Source: a virus
Lineage: Duplodnaviria; Caudoviricetes
Reading direction: 5' to 3' (one strand)
DNA length: 48,375 nucleotides
IMG/VR virus record: IMGVR_UViG_3300044769_000069
Coordinates: 1 to 48,375 of that record
The notes beneath the pieces were generated by a model. It searched no databases. It was not told the DNA's origin and saw only the letters and a list, made by a program, of their open reading frames with translations. This document shows, piece by piece, positions 26,510-33,356 of this stretch; the stretch's first letter is position 1, and each line of letters opens with the position of its first letter. The translations under genes and the position numbers were made by a program.

Positions 26510-26615
26510 CTCAGTCAGGGGGAGCTACTCTCTCATGAGGAGCTTGGGCTCCTCATGAGGAGCTTCACTAAGAAGCTTTGCACGTAGTTACTTAATATAT
26601 TATATAATATATATA
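26493..26615. other. Candidate replication origin: nested inverted/direct repeats plus AT-only palindrome
   Basis: CTACGTGCAAA/TTTGCACGTAG; CTCATGAGGAGC-TTGG-GCTCCTCATGAG; ATATATTATATAATATAT. Confidence 0.5.
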
Positions 26616-26628
26616 CACGGAGGTACTT

Positions 26629-26808
26629 GTGGAAGAGAAATCAGAGAAACAAAGAGCAGTGCGGCGGGCGCAGATTCGAGGCATGAGAGCCGCGGTCGAA
26701 ATCGTGCTGGCGCATGATTGCGGCACGCAGTGGAATTGCGATTGCATCGACGTGATCGCACATGACATCGAGAAGGCTATCGAGCGCAAGCGGGGGCTTG
26801 ACAATTAG
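26629..26808 (+). CDS. Hypothetical protein (59 aa), not in ORF track
   Basis: GGAGG RBS, GTG start, MEEKSEKQRAVRRAQIRG... Confidence 0.55.
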   Translation: MEEKSEKQRAVRRAQIRGMRAAVEIVLAHDCGTQWNCDCIDVIAHDIEKAIERKRGLDN

Positions 26809-26825
26809 GAAAGGGTGGTTAAAAT
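26798..26825 (+). promoter_or_regulatory. Sigma70-type promoter
   Basis: TTGACA (26798-803), 16 nt, TAAAAT (26820-25). Confidence 0.6.
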
Positions 26826-26831
26826 ACGATC

Positions 26832-26993
26832 ATGGAAAAAACAAACGAAGTGACGCGCTCCGCAGAGCGCGACCGAGAAGCGCTCGAAACAATACAGGCC
26901 GCGTTGTCCGGTGTTAGTTGGGGTTCTGACACGGTGGAGTATATCGCCTCAGTGTTGGAGCTTGCCGGCTATCACGTTGACGACATGTACTAG
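26832..26993 (+). CDS. Hypothetical protein (53 aa), not in ORF track
   Basis: MEKTNEV...WGSDTVEYIASVLELAGYHVDDMY. Confidence 0.6.
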   Translation: MEKTNEVTRSAERDREALETIQAALSGVSWGSDTVEYIASVLELAGYHVDDMY

Positions 26994-27001
26994 GGGGAAC
27001 C

Positions 27002-27178
27002 ATGGACAAAGACGCAGTGCTGATTGCCTGCATGTGTGATGCCTACCGCTCCTCGAAGCATTCGAGCAGTGAGAGCTATTCGCTGACGGGGATCATGCGC
27101 GACGTGCTCCGCGCTGTGCGGGATGTTGAGGCAAGCTTCAAGTGGAGCGAGGACTTTCACGACGCCGAGGAAAACTAG
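27002..27178 (+). CDS. Hypothetical protein (58 aa), not in ORF track
   Basis: AGGGGG RBS, tightly packed between neighbours. Confidence 0.5.
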   Translation: MDKDAVLIACMCDAYRSSKHSSSESYSLTGIMRDVLRAVRDVEASFKWSEDFHDAEEN

Positions 27179-27179
27179 C

Positions 27180-27314
27180 ATGGCAAACGTAAAGCAAGGG
27201 CAAAGCGTGCGACCCCCGCAATGGTGGAAACACCTACGCGAGTGGAAGCGAATCTTCTGGAAAGCTGAGCGTAGCGCACAGAAGCGCTTGACGAAAGAGC
27301 GAGGGACAGAGTGA
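27180..27314 (+). CDS. Small basic Trp-rich protein
   Basis: MANVKQGQ..PQWWKHLREWKRIFWKAER; GAGG RBS. Confidence 0.6.
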   Translation: MANVKQGQSVRPPQWWKHLREWKRIFWKAERSAQKRLTKERGTE

Positions 27315-27826
27315 TGGAATACTTCAACACAATACTGCAAGCTGCTGTATTTGCAGCGGAAGCCCACAAGGGCCAGGTGCGCAAATACACGGGCTTGCCC
27401 TACATCAACCATCCGATCTCGGTGGCCTCGCGTGTCGAAGCGGTACGCGGTGATTCGCAGATGATCATGGCAGCTCTGCTGCATGACACCCTCGAAGACA
27501 CCAAGGCGACAGCATCGGATATCAAGCAGCTCTTCGGCGTGGTGGTGGCGAGCTACGTGATTGCGCTCTCCGACATGGAGCAAGGCAATCGCGCTGAGCG
27601 CAAAGCACAGTCACGCATACGGCTGGCAGCTGCGCCGGCTGAAGTGAAAACCATCAAGCTGGCGGATCTCCTCGACAACACGGAAGACATAACGCTGCAC
27701 GATCCTAAGTTTGCCCGCGTGTACATGGCGGAGAAGGCAGCTCTGCTGCCGGCGCTGCAAGGCGGCAATGAGTTGCTGTGGAAACAAGCTGAAGCACAGA
27801 TTGCGAGATACCATGCAAGCCTCTGA
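27311..27826 (+). CDS. Stand-alone RelA/SpoT-type HD hydrolase (Mesh1-like small alarmone hydrolase)
   Basis: AHKGQVRKYTGLPYINHP, AALLHDTLEDT, IKLADLLDN. Confidence 0.9.
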   Translation: MMEYFNTILQAAVFAAEAHKGQVRKYTGLPYINHPISVASRVEAVRGDSQMIMAALLHDTLEDTKATASDIKQLFGVVVASYVIALSDMEQGNRAERKAQSRIRLAAAPAEVKTIKLADLLDNTEDITLHDPKFARVYMAEKAALLPALQGGNELLWKQAEAQIARYHASL

Positions 27827-28010
27827 ATTCATTGCGGAAAGGCTGAAGCGGCATCACACCCAGGCCTCGCTCGCCAAGGCCTTGGGCTACAGTGTGCGGC
27901 AAGTGCAGCGGTGGGAGAGCGGGGAATACGAAGTGCCGGCGCTCGTCGCCTGGGCGATCCGGTACGCGGTGCAAAGCAGAAACTTTTATCAGTCAGGGAG
28001 GAAAAAGTGA
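27813..28010 (+). CDS. XRE/Cro-like HTH regulator
   Basis: TQASLAKALGYSVRQVQRWESG; start at MQASEF. Confidence 0.85.
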   Translation: MQASEFIAERLKRHHTQASLAKALGYSVRQVQRWESGEYEVPALVAWAIRYAVQSRNFYQSGRKK

Positions 28011-28537
28011 ACGACGAATTTCCTGAAACGGTGAAGCTCCTACTTCACAGAATGGCATGGAAGATGGCGCGGCAGAATCAGTTCTCGCTAGGCGACTTCC
28101 GCGTGGCTCAGCAAGACCTATACCAAGCCGGTTGTGAGGGTTATCTGGTCTACCGGAATGCTCGTTATTTTCCGATCAAGTCAATCCGGTATTACATGCT
28201 GAATGAATTGGCGAGAATATGTTGGGAGTCCTCGTGGCAAGGACAGAAAACCCCCAAGCGTTTGCCAGACATCCCACTGGAGCACGTCAACGAGTCCGAG
28301 CTTCCACAAGCTGACGGGCAGCTTGATCAGGCCTTGAATTATGCTAAGGTTTACGAGGCCGCGGTGGAGTCAGACAAGGGCAGGGGCAAGGCAGGGCAGC
28401 ACACCAAGCACGTCCGAACGCTCCGCATGTTCGCAAGGTATGGCATGGGGGGCAGGTTGCCGGCAGGGGTGAAGCCTGACACATACTGGTATGCCTGCAA
28501 GAGCTTAGAGCGTTTTGCAAACACTGTAACCGGGTGA
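28007..28537 (+). CDS. Putative sigma-factor-like protein (region 2-like)
   Basis: QQDLYQAGCEGYL..SIRYYMLNEL resembles sigma region 2; GTG start with GGAGG RBS. Confidence 0.45.
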   Translation: MNDEFPETVKLLLHRMAWKMARQNQFSLGDFRVAQQDLYQAGCEGYLVYRNARYFPIKSIRYYMLNELARICWESSWQGQKTPKRLPDIPLEHVNESELPQADGQLDQALNYAKVYEAAVESDKGRGKAGQHTKHVRTLRMFARYGMGGRLPAGVKPDTYWYACKSLERFANTVTG

Positions 28538-28555
28538 ACGAAAGGAGAACAAGTC

Positions 28556-28714
28556 ATGAGTTTACCAAGAAGGGGTGAGATAATCGAAGTGTCGGGTGTT
28601 GGGCTCTGCTACGTGCGGCGCATTCTGCCCAACGGCGTGGTCGAGGTCGAGGTAAGCCGGTCCCATGAAGTGCTCCATGTGGAACTGGTTACAGCCTATC
28701 GGGTGAAGCTGTGA
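28556..28714 (+). CDS. Hypothetical protein (52 aa), not in ORF track
   Basis: AAGGAG RBS; stop overlaps recombinase GTG. Confidence 0.55.
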   Translation: MSLPRRGEIIEVSGVGLCYVRRILPNGVVEVEVSRSHEVLHVELVTAYRVKL

Positions 28715-29403
28715 AAGCTATCGGTTACGTGAGGCGGTCTAAGGCCTCGGAAGAAAAGACTGTTTCGCTCCAGGAGCAGGGCCGGCAGATTGAGCAATAC
28801 TGCGCCGGCTTCGGGCTCGATCTCTGCGAGATCGTCAGTCACGATGGAGTCAGCGGAGCGAAGCGTGAACGGTGGTATGACATCAAGGCCGCGGTGAAGC
28901 GCCATGGTGCCCAGGCCGTGGTGATCTACAACCTAGATCGGCTCTCGCGCGATGCCGTAGGACTCCTCGATAATCTCACGGAACTGGCCCGTAGCGGCAC
29001 GCAGGTCCACGAGGTAGGGCAAGGGGCCATCGACATGGAAGACCCCACTAAACGGCTCACCACGGGCATGCGCGGCATGTTCGATGAGTTCTTCCGGCAC
29101 GTAGTCAAGAAGAAAACAAAGGATGCCCTTGCCTACAAAAAGTCAAAGGGCTCCCGCTACAGCCACCACGCTCCCTACGGCTACCGCTTTGTCGATGCCA
29201 AGTTCGAGCCCTGTCCAGTGGAGAGAGCGGGTGTGGCATTCATTCAGACATGCATCGAGCGGGGCTTCGGCCTGGATCGCACGATCACGGCGCTACGCGC
29301 TGCGCAGTACCAAGGCCGAATGGGACGGATGACAATCTATCGAGTGATGAAAAAACTACAGGAAGAGAGGGAAGCTAGTGAAATCAAAACAGAAACCAAG
29401 TAA
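28711..29403 (+). CDS. Serine recombinase (resolvase domain plus short recombinase DNA-binding domain)
   Basis: GYVRRS catalytic motif, DGVSG, LDRLSRD, APYGY. Confidence 0.92.
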   Translation: MKAIGYVRRSKASEEKTVSLQEQGRQIEQYCAGFGLDLCEIVSHDGVSGAKRERWYDIKAAVKRHGAQAVVIYNLDRLSRDAVGLLDNLTELARSGTQVHEVGQGAIDMEDPTKRLTTGMRGMFDEFFRHVVKKKTKDALAYKKSKGSRYSHHAPYGYRFVDAKFEPCPVERAGVAFIQTCIERGFGLDRTITALRAAQYQGRMGRMTIYRVMKKLQEEREASEIKTETK

Positions 29404-29791
29404 CCACGGCGGCGCGTCCGTCAAAAGCAGGTCGGTTGTCCCGATACCTATGAGGGGATACAATCGGGCGCGGTTCGTGAATGCCCAGGGGGAGCGTGAA
29501 GAAGTGGTGCTTTTTGATCCACAAGACGATAGCAGCGACCACATGCTGGCTATCCCAAGCCACCCGGAGCTTTTCCTGGACCTTAAAGAAGCCATCGCGG
29601 AAAACTTCACACGTGTCGAGCGCAAGGTGATTTTTAACACGCTTGTTAAAAACCAGCCAATGACGATTGCAACGCGCGGGCTCCGCAAGCATCCGGCCCG
29701 GTGGTGGCGTGAATGGCTCCGCACGAAGGCGCTGCCCAAGTTGCGGAAATTATTGGCTGATTACCAAGAAGATGGGAGGGTGGTGTTATGA
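29378..29791 (+). CDS. Hypothetical protein (possible sigma region 4-like HTH)
   Basis: 137 aa; FTRVERKVIF..KALPKLRKLL. Confidence 0.55.
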   Translation: MKSKQKPSNHGGASVKSRSVVPIPMRGYNRARFVNAQGEREEVVLFDPQDDSSDHMLAIPSHPELFLDLKEAIAENFTRVERKVIFNTLVKNQPMTIATRGLRKHPARWWREWLRTKALPKLRKLLADYQEDGRVVL

Positions 29792-30021
29792 TCTTGACTC
29801 TGAAGCCGAGCAAGAAGAACGAAGAGGGGCACCCTACGATCACGGTGGAGAGCCCGGACAATACGATGACGTGTCCCGAGGCCGTCGAGTTCGTAGCAGC
29901 CATGCTCCTCGCCTGGGGGTATCAGTATTGGAACGTGGTGGACGCGATGGCTCAGTGGGCCGAAGACCGCGAGAACATTGACGAAAAAGAAAAGGGGGAT
30001 GAAGGCCTTGACAATCTATGA
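29788..30021 (+). CDS. Hypothetical protein
   Basis: 77 aa, ATGA overlap, GGAGG RBS. Confidence 0.6.
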   Translation: MILTLKPSKKNEEGHPTITVESPDNTMTCPEAVEFVAAMLLAWGYQYWNVVDAMAQWAEDRENIDEKEKGDEGLDNL

Positions 30022-30036
30022 TCTCGTGTCTATATT
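30008..30036 (+). promoter_or_regulatory. Sigma70-type promoter for the replication arm
   Basis: TTGACA (30008-13), 17 nt, TATATT (30031-36). Confidence 0.7.
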
Positions 30037-30157
30037 AGGCAACAAGGCAACAGGAAATAGATGGAGCCTCGGGAGATTCTTCCTAGCCCGGACGCTCTAT
30101 GTTGAAAAGCAAAACGGAAGATTGATTGTGCGCAACCGACCATACTAGGAGGGTTTT

Positions 30158-30418
30158 ATGACACAGTTGAGTTATCAGGAAGTGCTGAGCAATCAGAACA
30201 GCGACGTAGACGCGGCAAGCCAAGTGCTCGCGTTGGTCCGTGAGTTCCCATTCCGCACTGCGCGTGAATTGGCGAACAAGGTGAACGAGAACATTCTAAC
30301 CGCGGACAACGTCCACAAGCGCTTGCCCGAGCTTCGTCGTGCCGGCAAAGTGTTGAACGCGAATCGCCGCCGTTGCACGATCACCGGGCGCACTGCGATC
30401 ACCTGGATGTTGGCGTAA
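30158..30418 (+). CDS. Winged-HTH DNA-binding protein
   Basis: TARELA..VHKRLPELRRAG..RRCTITGRTAITW. Confidence 0.7.
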   Translation: MTQLSYQEVLSNQNSDVDAASQVLALVREFPFRTARELANKVNENILTADNVHKRLPELRRAGKVLNANRRRCTITGRTAITWMLA

Positions 30419-30543
30419 ACGAGTACGGGGCCAACGCACGCGACCAGTTCTAGCGTGCATGTCGAAAGCACACCCTGTCAACCGGGGGCGGGTAAGGATT
30501 GGATAATGCTAACCCCCACAACCTTATTTCCTGGGAGGGAAAC

Positions 30544-31194
30544 GTGAAAAGAATCATTCAATCGGCATTAGCGCTGTCAGTGCTGAGCGCTTGCAGTTCA
30601 TACAGCACCAAGCCCGAGAGTTTTGTGTTGCCTACGAGCAACAAGAAAATCGACACTGTGCTCCACCGCTCTGACGTGCGTTTCATGGATTGCGGCACCT
30701 TGTCTGTGCTCCAGACTTACGACGCAGAGGGCAAGCTCATTGACGCGGCCCAAGCCCGCGGCTCTGCGTTCCATTGCGTTGTCGTGCCTTCGTTGATCGA
30801 GGCGGGCGGACGTGTCGGCGCAGCTGCCGTCACCGAAGCGGCTCGCACTACGGTGAACAACGCCGTGTCGAACGCCGGTAATAACATTGCCAACGCTGCT
30901 AACAGCGCCACGGCAGCTTCCTCGTCAGCGGCCACGTCTTCGTCAGCATCCACTGCCTCGTCTAATCAGACGCAGGGGCAGAGCCAAGGCCAGAAGCAAG
31001 GCCAGAGCCAGCTGCAAGGCCAAGTGCAAAACCAAGCTGCCTTCGGCGGTAATGGCGGGCAAGGCGGCACTGGCGGTAACGGCGGTAATGGTGGCAATGG
31101 TGGTGATGGTGGCAAGGGTGGCAAAGGCAACAACGGCAAAGGCAACGGCGGGCACGATGGATCGCCCAACGGCAAAGACGACGAAGATCGTTAG
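30544..31194 (+). CDS. Lipoprotein with Ser/Ala-, Gln- and Gly/Asn-rich tail
   Basis: GTG start with GGAGG RBS; MKRIIQSALALSVLSA-C lipobox; QGQSQGQ and GGNGG repeats. Confidence 0.75.
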   Translation: MKRIIQSALALSVLSACSSYSTKPESFVLPTSNKKIDTVLHRSDVRFMDCGTLSVLQTYDAEGKLIDAAQARGSAFHCVVVPSLIEAGGRVGAAAVTEAARTTVNNAVSNAGNNIANAANSATAASSSAATSSSASTASSNQTQGQSQGQKQGQSQLQGQVQNQAAFGGNGGQGGTGGNGGNGGNGGDGGKGGKGNNGKGNGGHDGSPNGKDDEDR

Positions 31195-31315
31195 TTACGT
31201 GATCATCGCGGTCTGGAGCGTATGGATGCTCCAGGCCGCGGGACCAGACGATGTGCTAATCTGGTGTAGCGCTGCGGGTGTGGCGCTAGGGATTGTGAAT
31301 TGGAGAGACTTGTGA
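31157..31315 (+). CDS. Small two-TM membrane protein
   Basis: IVSYVIIAVWSVWML..VLIWCSAAGVALGIV; start uncertain. Confidence 0.4.
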   Translation: MDRPTAKTTKIVSYVIIAVWSVWMLQAAGPDDVLIWCSAAGVALGIVNWRDL

Positions 31316-31938
31316 TTTACGCACACGAAGTCAAGGAAAAGAAAGCTCGATATGTAGGCCCACGGCCCGGATACCCGGAAGCCGATCCGCGGGGATGGGA
31401 TGCCTTTGATTCATACTTGAACAGCCGAAAGCTTGACCCTCTTTTGGCTAGGGCGAATGGTTGGTATCCAGCCGTTTATTCCCAGGCTCCCAGGATCGTG
31501 ATACCTTGTTCCAACCAAGCCGGCGTGCCCTACTTCCAGGCCCGAGACGTAACGGGGAGAGCGAAGCTCCGCTACGCTTCGCCCCCCGCGTCTCGGGACG
31601 ACAGCATCGTGATCGTGTGGCCGATCTCTGCAAGCCGCGGTACGGTGATCCTCGAAGGCCCTATGTGTGCGCTCGCTGCCGCGGCGCTCAACTACGTGGG
31701 GATCGCAGTCATGGGAAATCAACCAAGCCGTGACGTGCTCAGTCACATCGCAGTCATGGTGAACGCATTTCAGCCAGTGCAAGTGGTGCCTGATGCGGAC
31801 ATGGCGAACCTGGGTGTGGCCGTAATCAGCTGGCTAGGACAGGAGGGAATTGCATGCCTACTTCGAATACCGCCAAAAAAGGACTTGGCCGAGATGGAGC
31901 CAAAGGAAAGAAAAAGCTTCCTAAGCCAAAGAAGCTGA
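31300..31938 (+). CDS. DNA primase (TOPRIM domain, no Zn finger)
   Basis: RIVIP..YFQAR..RY, VILEG, VPDAD. Confidence 0.8.
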   Translation: MERLVIYAHEVKEKKARYVGPRPGYPEADPRGWDAFDSYLNSRKLDPLLARANGWYPAVYSQAPRIVIPCSNQAGVPYFQARDVTGRAKLRYASPPASRDDSIVIVWPISASRGTVILEGPMCALAAAALNYVGIAVMGNQPSRDVLSHIAVMVNAFQPVQVVPDADMANLGVAVISWLGQEGIACLLRIPPKKDLAEMEPKERKSFLSQRS

Positions 31939-32414
31939 GCATCATCAGGCAGAGCATGCTTGCCGAGAAGTTTGGAACGTGCGGTGTGGCACGTGAGGCG
32001 TGCATTGAATGCGGGCTCTACAAGGTGCATGGAGAAAAGTGGCGCATGCCACGTGTACCCGAGGGCTGGACAAACGAGATGGTAGTGGTTACAACAGGCA
32101 GTGAGAACGCAGCGGAGCGAAACATCATCCGACGCGCATGGCGCAAAGCAGGATGGGAAGACAAGGATGTGGCCGTGGTGCCCGCGGTGAGATGCAGCGA
32201 CGACACGGAGCCTTCGATGAAACAAGTTAGGGCCTGCCGGCCCTACGTGCTCCACGCGCTCCAAGTGCTCAACCCGGTGAACGTGCTCGCGGTGGGGAGC
32301 ACAGCGCTCCAGAGCTTGAGGAACAATGGCGAAAAAAACATCACCAAGAATCGAGGCAAGTCTGCTGGCCCGGTGCTATACAACCTACCATCCGAGCCTA
32401 GTGCTGGAGGGTAA
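31854..32414 (+). CDS. UDG family-4-like (SPO1 polymerase-type) Fe-S domain, N-terminal part; catalytic motif absent
   Basis: CIECGL, AVRC..P..VRACRPY, NPVNVLAVGSTAL, ITKNRG; terminal TYHP motif lies in the next frame. Confidence 0.8.
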   Translation: MPTSNTAKKGLGRDGAKGKKKLPKPKKLSIIRQSMLAEKFGTCGVAREACIECGLYKVHGEKWRMPRVPEGWTNEMVVVTTGSENAAERNIIRRAWRKAGWEDKDVAVVPAVRCSDDTEPSMKQVRACRPYVLHALQVLNPVNVLAVGSTALQSLRNNGEKNITKNRGKSAGPVLYNLPSEPSAGG

Positions 32415-32985
32415 TTACCACTATGAGGAGAAGATCAAAGATGACTTCCGCCGATTCAAGGAGCCTACTCTTCTGCCTCCGATGGACGCAATGCCGGATG
32501 CCAAGGTGCTTGGGTGGGACACTGAATACGACGCAGAAGGTAAGCTCCTCACCGTTGGGTTAGCTGATGATGAACGGGCCGCGGCAATCGAGACGGACGA
32601 AGCGTTCCACAAGGCCGACATTACAGGCCCACTGAAGAAAGCGAAGGTGCTCGTTGGACATTCTATTCCTGGCGATCTCGACTACCTTGTCAAGCTTGGT
32701 ATGGCCCGTGACTCATGGCTTCGCGGGGATGGCATTCTCGATTCTCTTCTCCTCGCTCGAATGTACAACGAGAACGGTGGCAAGGGAGCTTACGGGCTCG
32801 AAACCCTCATGCTCTCATACTTTAACACAGATGCCTGGAAAGCTGAAACCGAGAAGCTGATTAAGGAAACAGGCAACGCAGCGGATTGGACTCCCGAGCA
32901 GCGTAAAGCACGCTGCCGGCTCGATGCCTGGGCAACACGAATGCTTGCAAAGTTCTTTGTAGAAAGGCTCACAGATGACGCTTGA
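32326..32985 (+). CDS. 3'-5' exonuclease domain of family A DNA polymerase, preceded by UDG C-terminal motif
   Basis: TTYHPS; ExoI WDTEYD, ExoII LVGHSIPGDL, DSLLLA, ExoIII CRLDA. Confidence 0.85.
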   Translation: MAKKTSPRIEASLLARCYTTYHPSLVLEGNYHYEEKIKDDFRRFKEPTLLPPMDAMPDAKVLGWDTEYDAEGKLLTVGLADDERAAAIETDEAFHKADITGPLKKAKVLVGHSIPGDLDYLVKLGMARDSWLRGDGILDSLLLARMYNENGGKGAYGLETLMLSYFNTDAWKAETEKLIKETGNAADWTPEQRKARCRLDAWATRMLAKFFVERLTDDA

Positions 32986-33184
32986 AGAAGTGACAGCGTG
33001 CGAGATGATTGCGGGCGTGGTGATGAACGTGTACCGGGCTCGCGCTCACTTCCTCTACGCACCTTGTTGGATGGACGAATGGGCTCTCGGCTACTTCTGC
33101 GCTCTGCGCGATGCAGCGATTATTAACGTGGAGCAATGGGATTTCCTATGCTCTGCCTTTCAACCGGAGGATTTAGATGCTTAA
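32975..33184 (+). CDS. Hypothetical protein
   Basis: 69 aa overlapping both neighbours. Confidence 0.55.
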   Translation: MTLEEVTACEMIAGVVMNVYRARAHFLYAPCWMDEWALGYFCALRDAAIINVEQWDFLCSAFQPEDLDA

Positions 33185-33356
33185 TTTATTTCTACCGTTT
33201 CTCACGATCCTGTTCATCTGGATGAAGCTCACCGGACAGATCGATTGGACCTGGGCGTGGGTGCTGTCACCGATGCTCATTCCTTGTGGGCTGTGGGCGT
33301 GCGGGCTGTTGGCGACTCTTATCCTGGGAATCCATCAGTCGTTGAAAGGCAAATGA
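33177..33356 (+). CDS. Small membrane protein (59 aa), not in ORF track
   Basis: MLNLFLPFLTILFIWMKLTGQIDWTWAWVLSP..; GGAGG RBS; stop overlaps polymerase ATG. Confidence 0.7.
   Translation: MLNLFLPFLTILFIWMKLTGQIDWTWAWVLSPMLIPCGLWACGLLATLILGIHQSLKGK

Noticed and set aside
30419-30540. tRNA or known ncRNA in the intergenic gap
   Set aside because: Short hairpins exist (GCACGC/GCGTGC) but no cloverleaf, T-loop or recognisable family motif; an Infernal/tRNAscan run would be needed
32986-33352. Group I intron or intein in the polymerase
   Set aside because: Interval is filled by two small coupled ORFs; no homing endonuclease or splice motifs seen
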